A program made the translations under genes and the position numbers. Source: Octopus sinensis (Eukaryota). Taken from it: 64,000 nucleotides of DNA. Within the stretch, counting starts at the first letter, position 1; each line of letters opens with the position of its first letter. Where the stretch lies: assembly GCF_006345805.1 (NCBI RefSeq), contig NC_042998.1, forward strand, positions 131,750,001 through 131,814,000. The letters are read 5' to 3'. This document shows, piece by piece, positions 52,045 through 64,000 of the stretch. The notes under the pieces were generated by a model that was given only the letters and a program-made list of their open reading frames with translations, had not been told where the DNA came from and did no database searches.

Positions 52045-52050
<6 letters not shown>

Positions 52051-53493
52051 AAATCCGTTCTGTCGCTCTCTGTGTGTGTCTTCTAGGATCTCGGGCATCC
52101 TCCATCCGATTGGGCTCAAATTTGATACGTAGATACTAACTGTATCAAGGCGTGTATAAGTCTTGAAAAAATTACAAAAATCGATTCCAGGTGAGAATGC
52201 GATCGATAAAGCCATGGGAACGTGCATTTGTACGCGCAATTACATCAGCTGTTGCGATCGATTCTGGGTCCGATGAACTTTGTCAGACAGTTTACCCCGA
52301 TCTATCTTCTAATTTCGGTGACCATCAATGGTTGTGTGATAGAGCCATTTTAGCGCCAACCAATGCCAACATCAATACGCTTAACACTCGCTTCCTTCGT
52401 CAACTGCCGACCCAGGAACGAATCTACACATCCGTTGATTCAATTACTGACCCAGAGCAAGTCGTGGTGTACCCGACCGAATTTCTTAACTCACAAGAAC
52501 CATCGGGTTTGCCACCCCATAAACTCTGCCTCAAGGTTGGAAGTCCCATTATTCTCCTCCGAAACTTGGAATCCCCACGACTTTGCAATGGCACTCGGTT
52601 GGTTCTCACCCAACTTTTGGATGACGTTCTCGAGGCAAAAGTTATCACGGGTCAAGGAGCAGGGGATGTTGTTTTTATTTCCCGCATGCCATTGATTCCG
52701 TCGGACTGTGTTTACCCGATGAAACGCGTTCAATTCCCTATTCGCCTGAGCTTCGCGATGACCATCAACAAAGCACAGGGGCAGTCATTGAAAGTCGTGG
52801 GGTTGGACCTCAGCACTCCCTGCTTTTCGCACGGACAACTGTATGTGGGCTGTTCGAGAGTTGGCTGTTCGACAAACCTTCTCTACTACGCTCCAGACGG
52901 AGTAACAAGGAATGTGGTTTACAAGATTGCGCTCCACTAGCTTTTCCATGCCCTTGAACATCCCGTAAAGTAAGTTAGCTTAAAATTATTTAGTTAGTTC
53001 CCTAGGTTGTTGCTTTTCATCAAAAATCAGCCCAAGTTGATTTCCTACATGTTTTATCGGATAAACTTGTTATTGTCCCAGGTATGTTCTCATAAATTCA
53101 TCATGCTTTTCCATCTAGATTTACCTACAGCTAACCTATTTGCATGGATCATTTTTGTCATGCTTTTCTTCCATCAACCTGTACATAACTGCACCTTCCA
53201 TTTTTTGTCATTTTGCACTGCTTAAAGGCACGTTTCTTTCCTGCCAAGCATACTGTTTAAACCATGTTTGTGTTCTCCCAGTCAACAGCCTTATCATTAC
53301 TGGTAATTTAAACTCTTCGGTTGTATATTTGTGTGAATAAAATCGTTTTTCTTTTGCTGGTGTCTCAAATTTAGGTTAAATCAGTGTTTCTCAAACAGGA
53401 GGCCTATGGGACGGTCGGACAAGTTGTTTTGAGAAAATTTGGTTTAATGTTTGACAACTCAGCAACGTCCATTGGACGGGGGGCATTTTGCTC

Positions 53494-53494
<1 letters not shown>
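52045..53494 (+). mobile_element. Helitron deletion derivative, copy 1
   Basis: TATATAAAA start, Pif1 C-terminal fragment, 3' hairpin CGTCCATTGGACG then CTCG-T. Confidence 0.85.
52197..52940 (+). CDS. C-terminal half of Helitron Pif1-family helicase (no Walker A); frame open
   Basis: [36 protein letters not shown]....[40 protein letters not shown]. Confidence 0.8.
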   Translation: MRSIKPWERAFVRAITSAVAIDSGSDELCQTVYPDLSSNFGDHQWLCDRAILAPTNANINTLNTRFLRQLPTQERIYTSVDSITDPEQVVVYPTEFLNSQEPSGLPPHKLCLKVGSPIILLRNLESPRLCNGTRLVLTQLLDDVLEAKVITGQGAGDVVFISRMPLIPSDCVYPMKRVQFPIRLSFAMTINKAQGQSLKVVGLDLSTPCFSHGQLYVGCSRVGCSTNLLYYAPDGVTRNVVYKIALH

Positions 53495-53560
<66 letters not shown>

Positions 53561-53566
<6 letters not shown>

Positions 53567-55007
53567 AAATCCGTTCTGTCGCTCTCTGTGTGTGTCTTCT
53601 AGGACCTCGGGCATCCTCCATCCGATTGGGCTCAAATTTGATACGTAGATACTAACTGTATCAAGGCGTGTATAAGTCTTGAAAAAATTACAAAAGTCGA
53701 TTCCAGGTGAGAATGCGATCGATAAAGCCATGGGAACGTGCATTTGTACGCGCAATTACATCAGCTGTTGCGATCGATTCTGGGTCCGATGAACTTTGTC
53801 AGACAGTTTACCCCGATCTATCTTCTAATTCGGTGACCATCAATGGTTGTGTGATAGAGCCATTTTAGCGCCAACCAATGCCAACATCAATACGCTTAAC
53901 ACTCGCTTCCTTCGTCAACTGCCGACCCAGGAACGAATCTACACATCCGTCGATTCAATTACTGACCCAGAGCAAGTCGTGGTGTACCCGACCGAATTTC
54001 TTAACTCACAAGAACCATCGGGTTTGCCACCCCATAAACTCTGCCTCAAGGTTGGAAGTCCCATTATTCTCCTCCGAAACTTGGAATCCCCACGACTTTG
54101 CAATGGCACTCGGTTGGTTCTCACCAACTTTTGGATGACGTTCTCGAGGCAAAAGTTATCACGGGTCAAGGAGCAGGGGATGTTGTTTTTATTTCCCGCA
54201 TGCCATTGATTCCGTCGGACTGTGTTTACCCGATGAAACGCGTTCAATTCCCTATTCGCCTGAGCTTCGCGATGACCATCAACAAAGCACAGGGGCAGTC
54301 ATTGAAAGTCGTGGGGTTGGACCTCAGCACTCCCTGCTTTTCGCACGGACAACTGTATGTGGGCTGTTCGAGAGTTGGCTGTTCGACAAACCTTCTCTAC
54401 TACGCTCAGACGGAGTAACAAGGAATGTGGTTTACAAGATTGCGCTCCACTAGCTTTTCCATGCCCTTGAACATCCCGTAAAGTAAGTTAGCTTAAAATT
54501 ATTTAGTTAGTTCCCTAGGTTGTTGCTTTTCATCAAAAATCAGCCCAAGTTGATTTCCTACATGTTTTATCGGATAAACTTGTTATTGTCCCAGGTATGT
54601 TCTCATAAATTCATCATGCTTTTCCATCTAGATTACCTACAGCTAACCTATTTGCATGGATCATTTTTGTCATGCTTTTCTTCCATCAACCTGTACATAA
54701 CTGCACCTTCCATTTTTTGTCATTTTGCACTGCTTAAAGGCACGTTTCTTTCCTGCCAAGCATACTGTTTAAACCATGTTTGTGTTCTCCCAGTCAACAG
54801 CCTTATCATCACTGGTAATTTAAACTCTTCGGTTGTATATTTGTGTGAATAAAATCGTTTTTCTTTTGCTGGTGTCTCAAATTTAGGTTAAATCAGTGTT
54901 TCTCAAACAGGAGGCCTATGGGACGGTCGGACAAGTTGTTTTGAGAAAATTTGGTTTAAATGTTTGACAACTCAGCAACGTCCATTGGACGGGGGGCATT
55001 TTGCTCG
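53561..55007 (+). mobile_element. Helitron deletion derivative, copy 2, helicase fragment frameshifted
   Basis: Near-identical to copy 1, with 1-bp indels. Confidence 0.85.
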
Positions 55008-55125
55008 TATATATATATATATATATATGCAGGCGTGAGTGTGCGTGTGTGTGTACACATAAGTATATATAAGTGCATATATATATGTGTGTGTGTGCAT
55101 AAATATGCATATACGCACAGATAAT

Positions 55126-55550
55126 AGCTGTGTGGTAAGAAGCTTGCTTCCCATCTACATGGCTCAGGGTTCAGTCCCACTGCGTGACACTTTGTGCAAG
55201 TGTCATCTACTTTAGCTTCGAGCCGACCAAAGCCTCGTGACGGGATTTGGTAGACAGAAGCTGAAAGAAGCCCGTCATATATATATCGTTCTAATTTTGT
55301 TAAACTGTCGTATGTCCAAATTTGGTCAACTTCGTCATTTTCAACATTTATTTTTGCTTGCAAATAGCCAGTTCTTTTGGTCAGACTACCATATCTCCAG
55401 CTGCTTCAGGTGCCAAGATATGAAACTTGCCATAGTGTAGTACAATGGTTTTGCTATGGAATGGTGAAACTATTCTCCTCGTTTTCCTCGTTTTCCTCGT
55501 TTTCCGAAAAAGCAACGTTTTGAATTTACGAGACTTTTGCATAATGGCCA

Positions 55551-55613
<63 letters not shown>

Positions 55614-55837
55614 ATATGCGTGTCTTTGTATCTGTGTTTGTCCCTAACCAGCGCTTGACAACCGGTATTGATGTGTTTATGTCCCCATAATTTAGGGGTT
55701 TGGCAAAAGATACCCACAGAATAAGTACTACGCTTAAAAAATACTTCCTGGAGTCGATTTATCGACTAACACCTTTCAAAGTAGTGCTCCAACTTGACCG
55801 CAATCAAATGATTGAAACAAGTAAAAAATAAAGGAAA

Positions 55838-55840
<3 letters not shown>
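55126..55840 (+). mobile_element. Older SINE family A with unrelated DNA (about 55287-55552) in its microsatellite
   Basis: 5' and 3' halves recognisable. Confidence 0.75.
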
Positions 55841-55867
<27 letters not shown>

Positions 55868-55871
<4 letters not shown>

Positions 55872-56050
55872 AGAATTCACGAAAAAAATCAAAAGATGAA
55901 GACAGGTGGTGTAGACAACAAACAGATGTATTAGCTTAATGCTCGGGAAGTGAAAAAGTCTTTAACGTTTCGAGCCTATGCTCTTCCACAAAAAGGAACA
56001 CAGAAAGAAACAAGAAGAGAAAATAAAGAATGTGTAGTGGCTAGCAATCT
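55868..56050 (-). mobile_element. PLE-type terminal fragment abutting (TA)n
   Basis: Homologous to 62480-62582 (+); carries a decayed HHR-like motif. Confidence 0.6.
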
Positions 56051-56243
56051 ATTGGGTTTTCTCAATTTAAAAATTATTACTTATGATAAGTATATATATA
56101 TATATATTTTCTTTTTAATTATTAAAAATCAAATTAACACCGGTCTAATGGAAGAAAGTCTGTGTGTAAGCGCTTTTCACTGCTTTCAGCTTTTCAGACG
56201 TTGTTGGTTAAACAATAGTTACCGGCACAACAGAATAAATAAG

Positions 56244-56661
56244 GTAAAGTATAGAAGCCATCTTATCATGGCTAACCACATTGGGGAGGGGGTGTTACTG
56301 TAGCTTTATAGCCCCAAGAGATCTTCGTCTCTAGCTGGCTTTAGACACAATATCTGTGTCCTTGGAGTATTTGCAAAGGGAGGCCATCCCTTCCTCGCAA
56401 GCCTGAGTGATACGCTCGAACTAGTTTCGGGATTGTTGTCCCTCGTCAACGGGCGGTAACCAACAGGTAGCGATGAAAGAGAAGGCTCCTTTGCAAATGA
56501 TGTCGAAAAACGAACAGTAAGCATAATTAAATCTCAGAATGAGATTGAAACAGTAATCGCTCGATAATGTAAAGTATAGAAGCCATCTTATCATGGCTAA
56601 CCACATTGGGGAGGGGGTGTTACTGTAGCTTTATAGCCCCAAGAGATCTTCGTCTCTAGCT
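56244..56661 (-). mobile_element. Retrozyme-like element B: 325-bp unit plus 93-bp terminal redundancy
   Basis: Exact direct repeat 56244-56336 and 56569-56661 bracketing an HHR. Confidence 0.75.
56413..56455 (-). ncRNA. Minimal type I hammerhead ribozyme, C3U variant or damaged copy
   Basis: CGCCCG UUGACGA GGGA-CAACAA-UCCC GAAA CUAG UU CGAGCG. Confidence 0.75.
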
Positions 56662-57197
56662 CATGTCAATAAAATGTGAAGGTGAGGTTAATATTTTATT
56701 TACTTATTTTTGATTACTAGGGTGTCGTTCACGATGATTTTCGTCTACATGGTCAGAGGATCAATAAAAGTTTACTAGAGTGTACTAAAGCGATTGACAT
56801 TGAGATTACGAAAGAACAGGACTGGACACGGACAGACGATATACAAGGACAAGGACATACTGGACAAGGATATACTGGACAAGGACAGGCGATATACAGA
56901 TGTTACCTCACGGCAACGGAACTGCTAATGCGTTAACCTTTACCCGTAGTACTTTTTGAAAACTGGACCGGATTCTACATCATCCTGAGCACCCTATTAT
57001 CAATGTTACCCTTTGACTGATTCCCTTTAAATGAAAAAAAACTCAAATTTCAATAAGAAATTATATACGGCCAAGGGCGGGAACCTCGAGTAGCAAAAGA
57101 GCACAATTGATAACTTCTTCGAAACATCCTGTTTCATTGTATTGCATATTATAACATCTATACGTACGTATGCATATATATATATATATATATATAT

Positions 57198-57320
57198 ATC
57201 TCCGTGATCACCGTGACCGCCCAGGCTATCAGATGTTGCTACACATCGCTGGTCACAATGCGCTTCACATTGTTTTAGCCTTCAAATGACGCCACCCCGC
57301 TGGCTAAGCGAGTAGGCCAA
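57198..57320 (-). mobile_element. Probable SINE 3' fragment inside (TA)n
   Basis: GC-richer island flanked by (TA)n; assignment from recalled family sequence. Confidence 0.45.
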
Positions 57321-57346
57321 TATATATATATGTATATATATATATG

Positions 57347-57448
<102 letters not shown>

Positions 57449-57742
57449 TAGATATTTAAATGTATGTATATGTGCATATATGCATACATATTTAAAAGTA
57501 TATATCTGTGCTTGTGTGCCTGTGTGTGAGCGTACGGATGTATGTGCATTCACAAACACGCCTACACACATATACAAAACCAGTACCCACACCCACTGCA
57601 CACTATAAAAGCAATTTATGCTAACATTTTCAACTGAATAGCTCTTCTTTCATTCGCTCTATTTTACGTTTTACTCGTTTCTTTCTTTCGGCTTTATTAT
57701 CTTCACTTCCTTTTCTTTCTTGTATTATCTCTTCTTTACCTT

Positions 57743-57776
<34 letters not shown>

Positions 57777-57925
57777 CTGTCTGTCTATCTACCTATATCT
57801 ACTAATTTATCTATCTGTCTATCCACTATGTACCTATCTGTTTATCTATCTATTCAACTATTTATACATTCATCTATCTTCTATTTCTGTCTATCTATTT
57901 GTCTGTCTGTTTCTTTATCTATCTT

Positions 57926-57986
<61 letters not shown>

Positions 57987-58109
57987 ACATCCACCTCTCT
58001 CTCTCTCTCGATATATATATATATATTTGTCTGTCTGTATCTATCTCTCTATCTGTATGTCTGTCTAATCTATCTGTTTATCTTCGTTTTTATTTATCTT
58101 AATACTACT

Positions 58110-58492
58110 ACTCGAGGCACAAGCTCCGAAATTTTTGGAGAAGGGGCCAGTCGATTAGATCGACCTCAGTACGCAACTTGTACTTAATTTATCCACCTCG
58201 AAAGGATGAAAGGCAAAGTTGACCTTGGCAGAATTTGAACTCAGAACTTAAAGACAGAGGAAATACCTGTTTCTTTACTACCCACAAGGGGCTAAACACA
58301 GACAGGACAAATAAGGAAAGACAAACGGATTAAGTCGATTACATCGACCCCAGTACGTAACTGGTACTTAATTTATCGACCCCGAAAGGATGAAAGGCAA
58401 CGTCGACCTCGGCGGAATTTGAACTCAGAACGTAACGACAGTCGAAATACCTTTTCGCCCGGTGTGCTAACGTTTCTGCCAGCTCACCGCCT
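58110..58492 (-). mobile_element. Dimeric family B SINE
   Basis: Two units, junction at about 58265. Confidence 0.85.
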
Positions 58493-58503
58493 TCTTTTTA
58501 ATT

Positions 58504-58578
<75 letters not shown>

Positions 58579-58581
<3 letters not shown>

Positions 58582-58826
58582 GAAACAATTCCTATCATAG
58601 TAGGTGCATTAGGCATGATAAAAAAATATTCAAACAAATACATAACAAAAACACCAGGACTTACAAACACATATAACATACAGAAAATTGCACTACTAGG
58701 CACTGCACACATCCTACGTAGAACACTTTCCATACAATAACCATCAGAGCATCACAACAAATCACAGCACATACCCAAGGCACACAGAGCTGCGCTCGGT
58801 AGTGAAGTGAAAGCACGCTATAAAAA
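58579..58826 (+). mobile_element. 3' end of a Dong/R4 element inserted in (TAA)n
   Basis: TETIPIIVGALGMI...NIQKIALLGTAHILRRTLSIQ, stop at 58740; (TAA)n on both sides. Confidence 0.9.
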
Positions 58827-58834
58827 TAATAATA

Positions 58835-58874
<40 letters not shown>

Positions 58875-58922
58875 TCGTCGCCTTCACAAGTAACACTTCA
58901 GTCACATTCTTTTATTCTCTTA

Positions 58923-60091
58923 CTAGCATTAAAGACCCGTCGTTACCGGGTCATAGTGCTAGTGCAGGTATATATGTGTATATATATATATGTACATATT
59001 ACATGTACATCTATATATATACATCTACAAATAAAATACAAAATACAAAGTTATATGTTGATATCGCTAGTGATATCAATACTCAAAATATATAACAGAC
59101 TGGAATTGTTAGCCCGTCTCTTGTAATTTCGATCAATTGTATCTTGTCCTCCCTCTTGTATAGAAGTGTGGCTACAATCCAGCCTACCTCTACTTCTGGG
59201 GGTGGTGGATTTTTAATTTTTATCCGGTACGTCCTACGTCCCAGATATAAAGGTAAAAATAAAATATTTCCACTTTGCAAGTTCGAGTCGAGTACTCCCT
59301 TGCACGCTCCGTTGACTCGAACTTGGCTTCTATTGTGGTGAATTTACCGTCTCTGATTAGATACCTTTCATAGTCGCACCAAGACACTTTTCGAAGGTGC
59401 TTTCCTCCATGTGTTCAAATCTTCTTTTTTCTCTACATTGTATACTTTATAGACAATAGTCTTTTCTTTAATTTAATTTTTTATCCATCTGGACTATTCT
59501 ATTTCTGCACGCTAATTTTATTTTTAATTTATTCCCATTCATGTTAAACCACTTATTCAAGTTCAAATCATTGATGCAATTTTATACCAATTGCTATTTT
59601 TACTTTTGTTATGTTACGATTAGTTTGATCTTAATTATTACTTACTACATATAATTCAATTGCTACTATTATTTTTATTGTTAAAGTGAAAGTATCTAAC
59701 ATAAAATAGAGAACCGTTTTTGTTTCACTTTTAACACGTAATACTGAAATAGTGGAGAAGATATGATATTGCTATGGGCTCGCTCTAGGCAAGAAGTTGA
59801 ACAATTTTTTTGCTCATGAAACTACATGGACCCTAAGTAAGACATGTGTAAAATCTGAATGGAATTGGTTGTGTAGTTCTCAAGTTTTAGGGAATCGTAG
59901 TGGAGAAGATATGATATTGCTGTGGGCTCGCCCTAGGCAAAAAGTTCAAATTTTTTTGCTGATGACACTCCCCGGACCCTAAGTAAGGCATGTGTAAAAT
60001 TTGAATGAAATTGGTTGTGTAGTTCTCAAGTTTTAGGGAAACACACAGACAGACAGACAGACACACATTCTCAGTTTTATATATATAAAGA
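58923..60091 (-). mobile_element. Non-autonomous Helitron with an internal about 147-bp duplication
   Basis: 5' TCTTTATATATATAAAA, 3' hairpin GACCCGGTAACGACGGGTC then CTAG; A/T target; repeat 59750-59893 and 59898-60038. Confidence 0.85.
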
Positions 60092-60154
60092 TTCCTTTAC
60101 TTGTTTCAGTCATTTGACAGCGGCCATGCTGGAGCACCGCCTTAAAGGGTTTTA

Positions 60155-60743
60155 TATTTTGGCACAAGGCCAGCAATTTCGGGGGTGGAAGAGGAGGTAA
60201 GTCGATTACATCGACCCCAATGCTCAACTGGTACTTATTTAATCGATCCCGAAAGGTTGAAAGGCAAAATCGACCTCGATAGAATTTGAACTCAGAACGT
60301 AAAAACGGACAAAATACTGATAAGTATTTTGCCCGGCGTGCTAACGATTCTGTCAGCTCACCACCTCATCTAATACACATCATAATCCTTTCTGCTATAG
60401 CACGAGGCATGTAATTTCGACTGGTACTTAATTTATCGACCTCGAAAGGCTGAAAGGCAAAGTCGACCTCGGCAGAATTTAAACTCAGAACTTAAAGACA
60501 GACTAATTACCTATTTCTTTACTACCCACAAGGGGCTAAACACAGAGGGGACAAACAAGGACAGACAAACGGATTAAGTCGATTACATCGATCCCAGTGC
60601 GTAACTGGTACTTAATTTATCGACCCCGAAAGGATGAAAGGCAAAGTTGACCTCGGCGGAATTTGAACTCAGAACGTAACGGCAGACAAAATACCGATAA
60701 GCATTTCGCCCGGTGTGCTAACGATTCTGCCAGCTCGCCGCCT
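60155..60743 (-). mobile_element. Family B SINE cluster (monomer plus dimer)
   Basis: Family motifs. Confidence 0.85.
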
Positions 60744-62224
60744 TAATAATATGCAATATGATAATACATATTACAACTGGTATATATTACAACTAAAACA
60801 CATATGTTATACACGTTATATGTATATGTTATATGTATAACACAACAAATACCTAGTAGGCCAACAAACACCAGTCCTGCATTTGATCAGGTTAATGAAG
60901 GAGTTTTTAAGTGGTTGCTTGACCTGTTAGAAATAGCAGCCAAATCTCTTTGAAAGAGACACTTTATGTAATGTTATTCGAAATTCCCTCACATGTAAAA
61001 ATAAAAGACAGGAAAGTCACGGCTGGAGCAATTTTCATAACATGTCTGCACTATGGTGACTGATCTGGATCCAAGCTATAGCAACAACTATGTTTTTTTT
61101 TTCCTTCAATGGTATCTCCGCTTCCAACACTAATGCATAAACTTACATAACCACACATAACGACGACGACGACGACGACGATGGCCACCATCCCTATCAT
61201 CAACATCACCACCATCGCCAATACCACCACACTCACCGCCATAACTAATACACACTGAACCACGCATCCTCACTGTCACACACCATCTCTGCACACAATA
61301 CAATACTCCTGTTATCATTTTCCTGCGTTCGACCCCCACCACCGTCAACTCCTTGAAAATCACCAACCACAATCTTCCAAACTCACCCACAGTTTTCTTT
61401 CTAAACCTAACCTCCCAAACACCGCCTGACCCCCACCTTCACAGACTCACACACAACCACAAGATTAGTTTCCATACGCACAAATGTGCTGTAGCAAGGC
61501 TAAGGCTGTGTGTGTATGTGTGTGTGTGTTTGTGTATGTGTGAGTGTGTATGTGTGTGTGTTTGTGTATCTGTGTGTGCCTGCGTGCGTGTGTGTGTGTG
61601 TGTGCATGTGTGTGTGTGTTTCAATACTGACCTTTAGGCATATACCGTTGAAATTCCTTGTTTCCTTCGGATCCAGCTTGATCTACCTAGATCCACTTTG
61701 ACGCTAATCCTCTCTGAGATTAAGGTCATACACACACATACACACATATGCACACGCATACACACAAATGCACACACACACACACATACAAGCACACACA
61801 ACACACGCACAAACACAAACACACACATACATAAACACAAGGACTCACACACACACATGCAAACACTCACACACACACACACACACACATACACAACACT
61901 GGCATATACGCGCGCGCGCACATACACACACACACACATTTCCTCTTCAAATATGCATCACGGGTATTTCAGGAAAACTGGGTCACGAAAACCTTTTGCT
62001 CCCACTTGCAAGTGTGAGATATTTTGGCAAACATTCTGTAAACAAACTTAGACGAATTGGATGGAGTAATGCGAGGTGTTGTGAAGGTGAGATCGCATGA
62101 GGGCGAGGTGTAGTGGGAGTAGATGAATGACAGTTAAATATTTCTGCTTACCAAATCAAGGTCCGATTGGCTTAGTGCTTTTCTCTAGTTTCCTTAACGC
62201 TATGAGAATGATATATATATATAA

Positions 62225-62450
62225 AGCGAACTGGCAGAAACGTTTGCACGCCGGGAGAAATGCTTAGCGGTATTTCGTCTGTCGCTACGTTGAGTTCAAA
62301 TTCCACCGAGGTCGACTTTGCCTTTCATCCTTTCGGGGTCGATTACATAAGTAGCAGTTACGCACTGAGGTCGATATAATCGACTTAATCCGTTTGTCTG
62401 TCCCTGTTTGTCCTCAGTGTGTTTAGCCCCTTGTGGGCAATAAAGAAATA
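62225..62450 (+). mobile_element. Family B SINE monomer in (TA)n
   Basis: Family motifs. Confidence 0.85.
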
Positions 62451-62607
62451 TATATATATATATATATAAAGACTTGTTAAAGACTTGTTTTATTTATATT
62501 TCCTGAGCGCCATACTAATACAATTGTTCGTTTGTTTTCCACCTGCCTTCGTCTTTTGTTTATTTTCATAAAGCTTCCCGTTATATATATATATATGTGT
62601 GTGTGTA

Positions 62608-62672
<65 letters not shown>

Positions 62673-62951
62673 TAGCTCTATTTAGGTACATATTTTCTAT
62701 AGAAATTATAGCCAGCATTGATTTTACGACGTTTCATGTTCGAGATGCTTGATGTAAATAACAATGAGATCGAAAATGAAAATAGGTAATGACTGTATAT
62801 GCCATACTCCAGGAGTTTTTGCTCCTTCATCCACTCCCATCTAACACAGTAGAACACAGTATTGACTTATAAAACCGTTTAATATATTTTGTAGTATATT
62901 ATGGTTGCATAACGAAATACGGTTTTCCCTACAGATCATTAAATACATATA

Positions 62952-63834
62952 CGTGGTCAGATCCGGACTGTTGCGATAGTAACAAAGCTAAAGAACAGAG
63001 AGTAAAGCCACTTGACAAAGATTGACCTTAAACTCTGCTGTGCATGTGCAATAAGTTTTAACAGTCTAGCTCACTTCCGTTGCTTACAGCAATGCTTGGA
63101 AGGAAGGTGTGTAGCGTGTGACCGTCGCATTGACCATGACACAGAAAGTTGAGCGGAGAATCTGCATCAAATTTTGCCAAAAGCTTGGCGATACTTGCTC
63201 AGAGGCCTGCGCAAAGTTTTGGAAAAGGTTTCACCGTTCTCAACACACTCAAGGAGATCTTGCGGAACTGAAACCCGAGTGTCTTTTTGGTCAGCTGAAA
63301 GCAGTTTGGCATAAACTTGGCAGAGACGCATCTCATATCAAAATCTTCAGTGATAATGGACTGAACTGAATCGTAACTAATCTGCACATTCTCTGAAAAC
63401 TCACAGATGGTGATTCGATGAAATCCTCTCACAGCTGCACGCACGTCTGCGATGTTTTTCTCAGTTCTGCTGGTTGCAAGTCTCCCAAAACGTTCGTCAA
63501 TATCGACATTTTTCAACCATCTTGGAAACGTTTGAACCACTCGTACACTTGTGTGTGGTTCATACACACTTCTCCATACACTTTCTGCAATTTTACCTAG
63601 GCCTCTGAGCAGATATCGCTATGACAGCTTTCTCTGTCATGGTCAATGCAACGACCAAGCGCTACACACCTTCCTTCAAAGCACTGCTGTAAACAGTGTA
63701 AGTGAGCTAGAACGTTAACTCTTAGTGCACATGCACAGTAGAGCTCAAGGTCAATCTTTACTCAGCGGCTTCACTTTGCCCGTCTTAGCTTCGTTACTAT
63801 GGCAATAGTCCAGATACTTATTGGTCAGACCTCG
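62952..63834. mobile_element. Fold-back mariner derivative made of two inverted 5' ends
   Basis: Plus strand MTQKVERRICIKFCQKLG; minus strand NVDIDERFGRLATSRT...VSAKFMP; about 270-bp inverted arms; TA flanks. Confidence 0.85.
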
Positions 63835-63863
63835 TATGTATATTTAAGTAAATATATATATAT

Positions 63864-63932
<69 letters not shown>

Positions 63933-64000
63933 TATATAACTGTATGTGTGTGTGTGTGTGTGTGTGTACAGAATATGGGTATAGTGCTGTTTTATTTCAC

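Noticed and set aside
56817-56900. Short GGACAAGGA.ATACT tandem repeats
   Set aside because: Small degenerate minisatellite with no further structure
57240-57320. Pseudoknot or HDV-like ribozyme
   Set aside because: Too little room for P2, P3 and L3; better explained as a SINE fragment

Overview
AT-rich, repeat-saturated eukaryotic non-coding DNA. The SINE families and microsatellite load strongly resemble an octopus (coleoid cephalopod) genome; this is inferred from recalled SINE motifs, not verified. I find no convincing host gene: almost all track ORFs are microsatellite or SINE translations. Real protein homology is limited to transposon remnants: Penelope-like (PLE) RT/GIY-YIG, CR1, RTE, R4/Dong, mariner, Tc1 and Helitron Pif1 helicase. 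The most notable signal is a set of minimal type I hammerhead ribozyme (HHR) motifs with palindromic stem III: two canonical (46051-46090 +, 11008-11095 -), one U3-A8 covariant at the end of a PLE ORF (7694-7733 -), one C3U variant (56413-56455 -), and several decayed ones. Two of them sit in short ORF-less elements (about 45890-46249 + and 56244-56661 -) that are divergent in sequence but share a downstream multi-hairpin domain and a terminal hairpin. The second is a 325-bp unit plus an exact 93-bp over-run, the architecture expected of a retrozyme or non-autonomous PLE copied from a circular or multimeric RNA. Other structure: long fold-back palindromes beside (TA)n, a CR1-PLE chimera, two near-identical ~1.5-kb tandem duplications, multimeric SINEs and nested insertions.
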